A stretch of DNA of 63,822 nucleotides, the filler included, from Saprolegnia diclina VS20 (lineage: Eukaryota), in assembly GCF_000281045.1 (NCBI RefSeq). It is 4 parts of 2 records of this genome, joined end to end, with 100 filler letters (N's around TTAATTAATTAA, not from the genome) between each part and the next. Parts side by side here need not be neighbours in the genome. Positions count along the whole stretch, not along the records: positions 38,320 to 54,282 come from NW_008246122.1; positions 54,383 to 63,822 come from NW_008246122.1; 2 more parts are not named here. One strand, given 5' to 3'. Shown here piece after piece: positions 46,301-57,753 of this stretch. Both the position numbers and the translations under genes were made by a program. A model generated the notes under the pieces. The model did no database searches, was not told the DNA's origin, and worked only from the letters and a program-made list of their open reading frames with translations. Position 1 is the first letter of the stretch. Each line of letters opens with the position of its first letter.

Positions 46301-49300
46301 CCGGAGGCGCAAGCTACTCTCGGTAGCACACAATACGTCGTAGGATGCGCTCTCACACATGGCTAGGCATGCAAGGCATGTCCACGCGACAGCTCATCGC
46401 TGCACTTGGCAACGCGGCACGCAAGCCCGTGACCAGTGGTGGTATCCTCAGCGTTCTTGGCTTGCACGGAGCCCGCGCCGCGCCGGCCAACGTATTCGAA
46501 TGCTTTTCTTGGATCGTCGTTTGACAGGTGGTAGGAGCTACTGGAAGCGCTGCTCACGGCCCTCGCTGCCTCCGTGGCCGTGCGCGTCACGTGGCCCGAT
46601 GTCGTCGCTGGGCTATCGGTGCTTGCACACGACGCATCGCAGGACGACAAAGTGCAAGCGGTCTTCGCCCTCATTGACCGCAACGGCGATGGGCGGCTCT
46701 CTCAAGCCGAGCTCGCGCGGTATTTCACGGCCGTCTTTAGCGTCATGTACGTGCTCGAGCCGCAGAAGCAGTCGACACTTGGAGGCGTCGGGCCTGTCGC
46801 CCTTGCCGAGGCAACCGCCGCCACGACCATGGCCGAAGCCGACACGGACCGCGACGGCTCCGTCTCGTTTCCCGAATTTCAGCGGTTTGTAGCGATGGGA
46901 TGCATGCATGGCTTCACGGATCGATGTGTATGTAGATGGTACGCGCCGGGACCGACCTCGTTGGCGGACTTTCGGCGTGTGACGCACCTCGGCGGCTTGG
47001 ACGTGGACGACGTTTTTGAAACGTTTGCCGACTACGCGGACGATGCGGGCTTGATTTCGTTTGAGCGATTCCACGACGGCTTGCTGAGCCTTGCGGGGCA
47101 CAGTCCGGACCCGAGTTTGTCGACGGTGGCGTCGCGGCTCTTTCACGCATTTGACCAAGACCAGAACGAGCGCGTCGACTTTAGCGAGCTCGCGTCCGGG
47201 CTCTCCGTGCTCTGCAAAGGGTCACGCGACCTCAAAGTTAAGGCAGCCTTCTCGCTCTACGACTACAACGGCGACGGGTATGGTCGACTGGATGGTTACC
47301 ATTTTTGTACTCCTGTGTTTGTAGATACATTTCCATGGACGAGATGGTCCGGTACTTGACGTCCGTCTTCCGCGTCCTGTATGAAGTGTCGCCGGGCATG
47401 GCCACGGAGACGGGCGTCTCGGCCGCCGAGCTCGGCGCCGCGACAGCCAAGCAGGCCTTTGTCGAGGCCGATACCAATCATGACGGCAAGCTGAGCTTGG
47501 AAGAGTTCACCGAGGTGCGTGTCTCTAGTACAGCAAGATCGCTCAGCAACGACGATGGTTAGTGGTACAAGCAGCCGCTGAACGCAAGCGCTGAAGAGAT
47601 GGCTGTCGCGACCGGCAAGCGCTTGACTCTGGAACAGCTCCAGCACGCGACGAACCTCGTGCACTTTTCGGCCGAGGAAGTCTTTGAGCTCTTTGCCGAG
47701 GCGGCCAACGAAGACGGCAACTTGACCAAAGAGTCGTTCAATCAGTGCTTTGCGACGCTCATTCCGAATGCGCCGGCCGACGTTCGCGGCTTTTTGAACC
47801 GCTTGTACGCGCTGTTTGAAGTGGACGGCATTGTCGACTTTTCCGCGCTCAGCAGCGGCCTCTCGGTGCTCTGCGGCGGCTCCAAAGAAGACAAGGTCCG
47901 CGCCGCGTTTGCGCTCTTTGACTTTAACGGCGACGGGTTCATCTCGCAAGACGAAATGACGCGGTACCTCCACTCGGTTTTCCAAGTGCTTTACGAAGTG
48001 GGTGCGCACACGGTCAAGGATGTGACACCGCTCGAGCTCGCGACTATCACCGCCGAGCAGGCATTTGACGAGGCCGATCTCAACCACGACGGCAAGATTA
48101 GCCTCGACGAGTTCAAAAAGTACGTCCTTGTCTTGTGTACCATGATGTCATGTGTGTCTAGATGGTACCAGCAGTCGGGTGCCAACGAGAGCCGCGCGAC
48201 GCTCTTTAGTCTCCAGGAGGCGCGTCGACTCACGCAACTCGAGCGCTTCCCGGCCGAGCATGTCTTTGAAGTGCTCGCCGAGGTCGCCGACGCCAACGGC
48301 AACCTCACCAAAGAGGCGTTTGTCCAGTGCTTTGAGTCGCACTTTGTCGTGGGTCCGATTGTGGGGCGTGTCCACGACGTGCTCTCGCGCCTCTTTGGCA
48401 TCTTTGACGCCGATAACAATGGTGTCGTCGACTTTAGCGAGATCACGGCAGGCCTCACGCTGCTCTGTGGCGGCGCGCGCAAGGAAAAGATCCAAGCAGC
48501 GTTCGCGCTGTACGACTACAACCACGACGGCTACATCTCGCTCGAGGAAATGACGCGGTATCTCAGCGCGGTCTTTAAAGTGCTCTACGAAACCGACCCG
48601 ACGCTGGCCGAGAAGATGCAAGTGACCGCCGACGAGCTCGCGCAAGTGACGGCAGAGCAAGCCTTTTTGGATGCCGACCGCAACCACGACGGAAAGCTCT
48701 CGCTCGATGAGTTTGAGACGTGGTACACGCAGTCGAACGGCCTTCCGACCACCAAGCCAAAGAAGATTATCTCGCTGCCGTCGCTCGCCCAAGTGCGGCA
48801 CCTGACCAATTTGCACGCGTTCCCGCCATCGCAAGTCGTCGAGTGCTTCCGCCGCGCCGCCCATGACGCGACGGGGCAGCTCTCGCTCGACGACTTTACG
48901 TCAGTGCTCCAGAGCTTCGCGACAGGTGATGCGGCCTCTGTCGACGCGGTCGCCACACGGCTCTTTGCGATTTTCGACACGGATGGAAACGGGGTCGTCG
49001 ACTTTAACGAGCTCGGCGCCGGGCTTAGCGTCCTCTGCGGTACACATCGACGCTTCATGATGCATCTCACGCGTTGCTTTGGATTCAGGCGGCACGCAGG
49101 AAGACAAGGTCCGCGCTGCGTTTGCGCTCTATGATGCGAACCACGACGGCACCATCTCCAAGGCGGAAATGGCTCTGTACTTGACGTCAGTCTTCAAGGT
49201 GCTCTACGAGAGCTCGCCCGAAACGCAAGCGCGTCTCGCCGGCGTCTCCCCGGACGAGCTTGGCGAAGTCACGGCCGACCAAGCGTTTGAGGAGGCCGAT

Positions 49301-50788
49301 CTCAACCACGATGGGAGCTTGAGCTTTGACGAGTTTCGCAAGTGGTACCTCACACCGAGCGCGTCGGGCCTCAACCATGTCGAGATGCCGTCGTGGGTGA
49401 GCCTCGCGAGCGTGCGCGAGCTCACGCAGCTGCACAAGTACGCGCCACAAGACGTCTTCAACGTCATTGCTCAATACGCGAATGACAAGAGGCAACTCGA
49501 CCGGGCAGCGTTTGAGGCGAGCTTTGCCGCGCTCATCCCGCTGCAGGTAAGAGGACCATCGTCGTCTAGAGGATGGGATCTCATCATTTCCGATGGCGTA
49601 TTAGAGCATGGACACGGAGGCTCGGTACCGCGTGCATTTGATTTTGGACCGCCTCTTTGAGATCTTTGATGCTGACCAGAACGGACTGGTCGACTTTTTG
49701 GAGCTGAGCAGCGGTCTCTCGGTGCTTTGCGGTGGACGCAAGGAGGACCGTGTCAAGGCCGCGTTTGACCTCTACGACCTCAACCACGATGGCGTCGTCT
49801 CGCTCGATGAGATGACGACGTACCTCACATCTGTCTTTAAAGTGCTCTTTGAAACCAACCCGGGGCAGCAACCGCCGGACGCGACGCCATCCGACCTGGC
49901 GCACGTACGTATCCTATTCGTCTCGTCTTGTGTATGCATACTCATCATGTGCGTAGATCACGGCCGAGCAGTGCTTTGAAGAGGCCGACCTCAACCACGA
50001 CGGGAAGCTCTCGCTCGATGAGTTTGTGTCGTGGTACTCCAAGACGAATGCCACCGTCTCGGACGCGGGCAGTGCAGTGGCGATGGCTGGCTCGGACGAC
50101 GAAGCACCAAGCGCAGGCACGTCGACGTCGGCGGGCGGCATGGAGCGCATCCGGTCGCTCCTCAAGCTCGACATGTACGAGGTCGCCGACATTTTCGAGA
50201 TCTTTGCCGAAGCCGCGCCGTCCGGTGAGCTCAACTTTGCGTCGTTCCGGCAGTGCTTTGAGCACATGGTGGAGCTCGCAGGCGGGTACCCGTCGCCGCA
50301 GGCCAAGCAGGAGGCCTCGGTCGTCATTCGCCGTCTCTTTCGCGCGTTTGACCGCGACGAGAACAACGCCGTGGACTTTGGCGAGCTCGCGAGCGGCCTC
50401 AGCGTCCTCTCCGGCTCGTCCATGGACGACAAGGTGCTTGCGGCCTTTCGCCTCTATGACATCAACGGCGACGGTAGCTCCCATATCGATGCCGAATGGG
50501 TGTTGAACGTTTCTTGGCGATTAGGGTTCATCTCGCTGGACGAAATGGTGAGCTACATGACGTCGATCTTCAAGGTCATGTACGAGACGTCGGACCGCGC
50601 CAAAGACAAGATGGGCGTGTCGCCCGAAGAGCTCGCGCGGGCCACGGCGACGCAGTGCTTCAAGGACGCCGACGTCAACCACGACGCGCGCCTGAGCTTT
50701 GACGAGTTCAAGCAGGTATCCCTCCTAATGATCGCAACGACACGTCATTGTCTTCTTCCTTGCGTAGTGGTGCACGGCGAGCATGTAA
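43308..50788 (+). CDS. Giant multi-EF-hand protein with 11 tandem NCS/recoverin/calcineurin-B-like modules (~17 introns, ~2,200 aa)
   Basis: Eleven repeats of the general form RLF..FD.D.NG.VDF.EL..GLS.LC.G..E.KV.AAF.LYD.N.DG.IS..EM..YL.SVF.V.Y...A.Q.F.EAD.NHDG.LS.DEF..WY. Fragments join through short GT-AG introns and end WCTASM*. Confidence 0.88.
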
Positions 50789-51019
50789 GCAAAGTTAGCC
50801 CAGGTGTCACTGCGTAATGCCAAGTCTTTGTATTTGCATGCGAGTAGCCGCGCATGGCACCCCAAGCGTCCCATGCGACTTGACGATGTCACTCTGACAC
50901 CTGCAACCGAAGCAAGCAGCTTTAGCTTTCCGATCGTCGACTGCACGTAGGTGGAGGAAGGTGATGGTAGTTATAAAATAGAGTGTTGGGATCAAATAAT
51001 AAAAACTACGGCGCGGGGC

Positions 51020-51556
51020 TTAGGACATGGAGGCCCTTCGCCGGCGCAGTAAGCCGGGGACGGTCTTGGACGTGTGCTCGTAGAACGCAATGAGCTGGTG
51101 CTGCGCCGAGATTGTGTGTTCGAGCAGCCGCTTCTCTTCCTGTGCGCACTCGAGGCTGCGCTTGACGAGCTTGGCGTGCTCTTCAAAGACGTTGGGGCCG
51201 TCCTTGTACAAGCGCGCTTTCGCTTCTTCGCGGAGCTCGACAAGGCGTTGCTCCATGTCGATGACGCTCTTCCGGAGCTGCTCGCTCTCGGTTTGCTTGC
51301 GCTTGCGGTGGCGGATGTTGTTGAGGCGGTGGCGGTTCTTCTTGGCTTTGGCTTTCTTGACGCTGTCGTCCGAGGACCCGCCCATAAAGTACGTGAGCAT
51401 GTTGACATCCACCGGCGACGACGTGTCGTCGGTCGAGCCGCTGCGCGGGCTGCTGCCGGCCACCGAGCTCGCGGCCGTCGTCATCGCGCTGCGCGTCGCC
51501 GGTCGCCGGCAACTCGTCGCGTCCGGCTCTTGCTTTGTTGGGGCGTCCAAATGCAT
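51020..51556 (-). CDS. bZIP-like transcription factor with His at the invariant Asn
   Basis: Basic region KNRHRLNNIRHRKRK, R-x9-L spacing and heptads L-x6-M-x6-L. Start may be 51556 or 51484. Confidence 0.7.
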   Translation of the reverse strand: MHLDAPTKQEPDATSCRRPATRSAMTTAASSVAGSSPRSGSTDDTSSPVDVNMLTYFMGGSSDDSVKKAKAKKNRHRLNNIRHRKRKQTESEQLRKSVIDMEQRLVELREEAKARLYKDGPNVFEEHAKLVKRSLECAQEEKRLLEHTISAQHQLIAFYEHTSKTVPGLLRRRRASMS

Positions 51557-52832
51557 GTTTGGGGTCTCTCAGATAGAAATCGCGTCAGCCAAGGGGGTGC
51601 CCCTCCAGATTCGCTACGGGGACCCTTGAAAACCAAATGAATACAATGGGCAAGAGAGATGAAACAAGTAGGGGCTCCCTTGCATTTTGGTTTTAAGGGG
51701 ACATGCGTTTGGAGCAACTCACATCATCAGATCGCCTTGATTGCGTGTGGTTGGCTAAATCCTTCACCATGCGATTCATCGCGGCGGCCATCGGCAGTGA
51801 TGTCGTGATTCCATCACGCAAACCAAGCCCAAAGCGTTAAACGCAAAGAGGCGCAAGGGGTTTGACGCGCTTCGACCGACGTCCATGGTGCGGCGGCAAT
51901 GAGACCAAGCGAGACCCTCGAGGAGTAGACGCCGCTTAGGGACTTGTGTTGGGGTGCAGTGTGCCCGAGCGGCTCTTGCGCGCGCCGTGCAACGTGCTGG
52001 GCGTGTTGGGCGGACGACGGAATGTCGATGTGGCATTTAACGTAATGAGGTTAAATGCGTTTAAACGGTGGGATGCGATGACCAGTTTCCAATGCATGAT
52101 GTGGGTTGATGGTTCTAGAACGTGCGCGCGCGTTCCCATACAAACTTCAAGTGAATAGGGTTTCTTTGTGACGGCCTCGATTGCGTGAGTCAAAGCAGTT
52201 CAAGCAGGGTCAGCAGCGCGTGCTTCTTTTACAGCTCTGCAGCACTGGCTCTGGCCCGCGCATTAAAATAAAAAGTGAAATTAATAAACGATTTTCACAC
52301 GTGCGTGCGGATACGATTGCTGAGGCATTCTTGCTCAGAGTATACACTGTGGTCGAGCTGTTGCACAGTGTACGAATCGCCAAGAGCCAAGTGATATCAT
52401 TGAATTGTCGTCGCCTCCATCGCAAGTTGACGAGCGGCGTCCTGAGAAGGCAGCGTATTTTTATGACAATTAAATTCATTTTTAATCGTTTGGCCAAGAG
52501 GCGATGTCGTTGACGCGATGCCTCGTACAGAGAGCTGCCACGCGCCTTGCAAATCTAGTCCTTCAGAAATGCACTTGAACAACTATTCATTGGCGCACGC
52601 AACTTGGTTGGCACCACTTGTATGTGTCGCATGGACTGCATGGACTGCGCGACCTGGAAATTCTATATTTTTTGCGTATTATAATTTCGCGTTCCCGTCC
52701 GCAAAGTCGTCTTCGACAGCCTTCATTACACGTAAACATACCAAAGTTAAACTACGTGATTGGGTGCGTTTTACATAAAACGTACCAGACGTGTTTAACC
52801 AGGAACAACTCACTCGGACGACGACTCACAAC

Positions 52833-54282
52833 CAGAGCTCGGTATTATTTTGGATATTAGCCTCGTATATTAATATAAATCGTATTAATCTTAATATATT
52901 ATTGGATTAATCCTCCCTTGTTGTATCCAGCAAAAAATATTAGATGAGATTATTCTGGCAGCCGTGTATATTAATACGTATTAATATTTTTCAGGGTCGA
53001 CGTGATTGGCTGTATTCATCAAAGCAATGTCGACTGCTCCCGACCCGGAGCGTTCGTCGCTTGACGAGATGGCCTCTGACCAAGAGGAAGACGTCGTGGA
53101 GTTCGACCAGCACGGCATTCCGGTCACTGTTACTCATACGGTGAACGGGGTTGTGCCAGTATGAACCTACGTCCACAAGCTCGACAAGAACCAAGTGTAC
53201 GGGAACAAGACGTTCACGCATGTGTGTACCTTGTGCACGCGGGACGTTGCAACGCGCGAGGGGCCAGTCGACGCCTGGAAGACAGTCCTTGTGACCACGG
53301 TCCATACGAGCAACGCCTGCAAGCACATGGCGAATGCGCACAAGACGCACCCGTTCTCTGTCGACTACATTAAGGACAAACTCGAGAAGGCGGTCAAGCG
53401 ACTTGCCGACTTTGACGCTGGTCAAGACGCGGCTCCGTCCAAGAAGCGTATGACGCAGCCGACATTGGAGACAATCATAGCCAAGGCAGCCCGGGGCGAC
53501 TTCACTTTCGATCCAACTTGAATAACCTGTCTAGGTCTCGCGTTTAATATTATCGACAATGACCAGTTCCGTACTTTCGTTGCTTCGTTTGGCGGCACAG
53601 CGCCAACTCGGGCATCGTACAACGAAATCATTGAAGCCGAGTATGCCAAATTTACGACCACGGTGGCAAAAGCGCTGCACGACACGTTTGCGCTCTGCAA
53701 GAACATCAAGTTCCTCAGCCTTATGCACGACATGTACCTCGACGAAGGCAGCTCCGACGTCCTTGGTGCCTCCGTCGCCTTTATATCGGGCGAATGGCAG
53801 CTACACCACGTCGCGCTTATGGCCAAGGTGAACAGAGGCCACGAAGGTGCTCGACGCGTGGATTGCTCTATATATCGACTGGACTACGCACACGGAGGCC
53901 AACGTCATGGACGCCACGGGCAAATCCTTCGACATGTGGAAGTTGTACAAGGAAGTCGATGTTCTCAAGTGGTTCAAGGACGTCGGCCAGGTGATTTTTC
54001 CAAGCATCGCTGTCTTAGCCCGCGTGCATCTCGCAAAACCGATGTCGAACGCGTTTCAAGAGCGCGTTTTTTCGACTGTCAGCAACATTGTGACGGCAAA
54101 GCGCAACGCCGGTGACCCCGCTCGCGTGGGGAAGCTCATTGTGCTCAAGCAAAAGTGGACTGGCGACCGCCCTGACACGAAAGCGAAGAAGTGTCCAATG
54201 TTAGCGCCAATATTAATAACATATTAATATATTAATATGGCCCTACGAGTCACTGCTGGAAATATTAACCATAGTAATCCGA
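52833..54282 (+). mobile_element. Internally deleted hAT transposon
   Basis: Left end CAGAGCTCGGTATTATTTTGG; the contig end reads (reverse complement) TCGGATTACTATGG, a truncated right TIR. TATTAATA-rich subterminal repeats on both sides. Confidence 0.7.
53027..54227 (+). pseudogene. hAT transposase remnant (BED finger, first catalytic Asp, hATC dimerization domain)
   Basis: HVCTLC...TSNACKHMANAH (BED); FNIIDNDQFR; LSLMHDMY; VLKWFK...FPSIAVLAR.HLAKPMSNAFQERVFS. Premature stops and a core deletion near 53845. Confidence 0.85.
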
Positions 54283-54382
54283 NNNNNNNNNNNNNNNNNN
54301 NNNNNNNNNNNNNNNNNNNNNNNNNNTTAATTAATTAANNNNNNNNNNNNNNNNNNNNNNNNNNNNNNNNNNNNNNNNNNNN
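54283..54382. other. Artificial scaffold linker
   Basis: TTAATTAATTAA at 54327-54338 inside 100 Ns. Confidence 0.95.
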
Positions 54383-54918
54383 GTCTCCTAGCGTAATGTG
54401 GTGCGCCAGAGTACTACCATGGACGCTTGGGCGTCGCGATGGCAACGCATCCATTGGCCCCGCATGGTGCCGGGCTGCCGCAGGTCGCTCTCCGCTACAT
54501 CAAGAAGGCTCCCGATCGTGAGCTCGGTCGTCGACGAGCTCTCAAAGCGCGCAAACGCTTGAAATGCCGCCGCTTCTTCGGCGCTGTACTCGCCGCCCAC
54601 CTCCACAACGAGCGACGTGCCGCAAGATCGCCGCGTCGTGTGCTGCGGGCAGCAGTGCGGAAAGCACCTGCGTCGCTTGGTTAGCCGCCAGAGACAGCGT
54701 CGAGGTCGTCGTACCTGATGACCTAATGCAGCGGGATGAGCCAAGGTGCGCAAGCGAATCACCGTACCTTTTGGCCGTCCTGTTTGTTGTGCCTGCGTGG
54801 CACGCTGTGAGGCGACGTCGAAGAGAAGAGGAGTGTACCGCTGGTAGCTGCTGGCGAAGAGGAGGCCGCAGATCGTGCACGCCTGGAAGCCGCAGAAGAG
54901 GCGGTCGGGCAGAGCCAT
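54383..54918 (-). CDS. Hypothetical Cys/His-motif protein (…YQRHNKQDGQKVIRCFPHCCPQH…), 5' part with an 8-nt microexon
   Basis: Introns 54793-54838, 54723-54767 and 54668-54714 splice to LFCGFQACTICG...SYQRHNKQDGQK-VIR-CFPHCCPQH...SCG. 3' end lost at the linker. Confidence 0.7.
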
Positions 54919-56186
54919 CGACGCCACTCGCTATGACAACTTGTTGGGTTCGACAGATTTGGCCACGCCGCGGGATTTAATTTTGACCATTTTTAACCTT
55001 TGGGCCAGCACCGGAAATGGGATCAAGATGGCTTTGTCCCGTGGTAAAACAGCCCCGGATGGGATTTACCCCAGGGGCGCATTGCGATCCTCGACAATGC
55101 GTCTGCAAATGGTCTGTGGGCGTGCAGCGGCTTCGATGCACTTGCGTCTGTATAAAGCAATGCTGTGGAAGACGATCGTGCGCGACGGCTGGACAGCATA
55201 CGATGGCGTGGGCCAACGCGGTTTATGTCGTCCCGACGCGTGATGGCGTGATCGTTGGGTTATTCCAAAGGCTTTGGGAAAATGGGAAATACTGTTTGTC
55301 CCAATTAAATTATAATGTGTCAACATTGACCATATTATTTTTAAATCCATTGTTCTGGAGCGGAACGGCCGAGCCACTCCTTTGAAACGTCAGGACGAGA
55401 CGTGGATCGAGGGAGCTTGCGCGCTGACCACAAGTCAGCAGCTCCTTGCAGGCCGAGTCCCGTATGAGACCAAGCACAGCCCGCGCACGCCAAAGTGGCC
55501 GCAGCTTGGCAGCTCCGCGATCCGAGGATTCACCAAGATCTCGTCCAAGTCATTGGTGGAATCTCATATAAACCCAAGAGACAGGGGAGAGATTCCTTTC
55601 GTTTGAGCTCAACAATCGCCAACAGCGGGACATTTCCACGTGCTCTAAGATCTCAGTATCCGGCCCATCCGGACAGCAGTGTTGACGGGTTGCTGGCATC
55701 AGGCTGAGATTGTTGCGTCGGTTGAGCACGATGAGCCCTTGCGGTTATATTGTGCTTTGATGTACGGCTCAACGTGTACTAGTATCGACATACGACTTGC
55801 AAAGCCTTTGTCCTCACCGGTGTGGACAGCACCCTTGGTTGAGACACATGGGCACGGCGTCCTTGATACAAACCGCATGGACAAGAAACTTTGCGAGTAC
55901 CTTGGTTGGCTTCGTTTGGCAAGGTCAATCCTCACATGGATCCCGTAAATATCGTGATCCATGCTCTCTCATCGGTTGGGCTTATCCAGTATTCGTAATG
56001 TTCAATTGTATTTTATCCATCTCTAGCTGTTGGAATATACCAGCAGTGAGGAAACAAGCGTTGTGAAAGCATGTTCCGGTATGCACGAAGGGCTCCCATT
56101 GAATGTCCGGATATGTAATCGGTATGCGGACGCTTCTATTTTTAGACGCCAACGGGCGAGCGTGGCAGTCGTCCAGCGCTTCCATC

Positions 56187-57753
56187 ATGGACAAGTACCT
56201 CCGGCTCCTCACGATGGGGATGCCCCGCGAGCACGTCGAGCTCAAGATGCGCGCTGAGGGCGCAGACCCGTCGCTGCTGCCGTCATCGTCAGTAGGCGCC
56301 GACGCCTCTGTGCCACCGCCGCCCAGTCCACCGACGGCAGCGAGCCCCAGCTTGCAGGCCGACGACAAGCCGGCCCCGAGCGCATCAACAAGCCTGAACG
56401 ACCCACGCATCGTCTCGACCGAGATCGATACCGATCAGAGCCGTGCTCCTCCACGCTCGCAAGAGCTGTCGAATGCTGCAAGTGCTAACGCGGCGCCATC
56501 AACTGCCGCATCGATCGAGCGTGCTCGCCCTGCGATGACGGAGAAGATGTTTACCGTCAACTTGTCGGGCAGTGGCCATCATGTGGCGGTGCCGTCCTTG
56601 CGCGACCGGCAGCGGCGATGGCTACAAAAGACCCTCGTCTCCTTTGGGCGGGTACGTCTCGCTTGGTAATCGAGTTACTTAGCGTCTCGTAGGCCACGCC
56701 CACCCCCGATGACGTGTACGTCAAAGCCAAAGATCGCTTCCTCGGGTTGCTCAAGAGCATCGTGGACATTCGCGCAAGTTTGTCGCGCTACAAAGCCATG
56801 CTGCCGCAGTACTCGCTGGCGTGCGCGCAGCTGGGCGTCGACGTGTGGTGCGTCACGAGCGCCGACGCGGTCGGGCGGCAAAGCGTCGCGGCCGAGACCT
56901 TTCGCCACGCCATGTGTGCCATCAACGAAAAGCAAGAGATCAAATCCCACTTTTTCAACGCGGTACGTCATATTTCACGTTTCGATCGTCAAATTTGGGC
57001 AATACACCACTACTGTCGTAGGATGCAGTGCTCTCGGGCGCCATTCAGTTTGTGGACATTCATATTCGCACCATGGAGTCGTTCAAGGTACAGACACTAT
57101 ACATTGTTCAATGGCGCGAGGACCCATACACATGGCGGTATAGCCGATGATGCAGCACCGCGAAGCGCTCAAGCTCGACTATGACAGCTTTGATCGAAGC
57201 GCCCAAGCCATGCGCCGTGCCAAACGCAGTGTACCCGAGCTCTCGAGAGCCGACGCCAACGTCGCGACGGCCCGCGCTGCGCTGGACGCCGCCACGTTGC
57301 ACTTGTTTCGTCATTTTGCCAAGTACGAGGCGCAGCGTGACACAATGCTGGATGGCGAGCTCGAAATGGTAGTGTCTACAGTTCAATATCCCTTTGTCAT
57401 TCGCGGGTAGGTGCGCCAGGTCATGCACACGTTCTACGAGAAGAGCGCCGAGGTTACTCGCTTCACGATCGATACGCAAGCGGACGCCCAAGCGCTGCGC
57501 GCCAAAGAAGACAGCGTCGGCCATATCCTGCCTGTGCTGGTGTCGTTTGATGAATGTGGTGTAGCTCTTGGCTGCGATGACGTCCAAAGGACTCTTGACG
57601 CCACCGCCTGCGAAGGACGGTTCTATTGTCATGGAGGACGTGGAGCTCGGTGAGCCCGCGCCAGAGGCCAAGTGGACCCAGCAGCTCCACTCGTATCGAT
57701 CGCACTGTCCCAAGATACCCGAGATCAAGCGCAAGCGCGTCGACCAGCCATGA
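56187..57753 (+). CDS. CCDC53/WASH-like helical motif + BAR-like domain protein, multi-exon
   Basis: N-terminal KYLRLLTMGMPREHVELKMRAEGADP; Pro/Ser linker; helical region with REALKLDYDSFDR...ADANVATARAALD typical of BAR helices 2/3. Confidence 0.65.

Noticed and set aside
50768..50788. C-terminal CaaX prenylation signal on the EF-hand giant
   Set aside because: The end is WCTASM; the Cys is at -5, not -4.
55380..55950. Possible decayed gene, as also at 2917-3650, 10980-11360, 52200-52520 and 57790-58600
   Set aside because: Short ORFs without recognisable motifs or consistent splice structure; needs TBLASTX.
460..57753. Endosomal-trafficking gene cluster (PX-RING, VPS26C, FYVE, CCDC53-BAR)
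   Set aside because: The genes lie on four different linker-joined pieces, so co-location is not evidence of a system.
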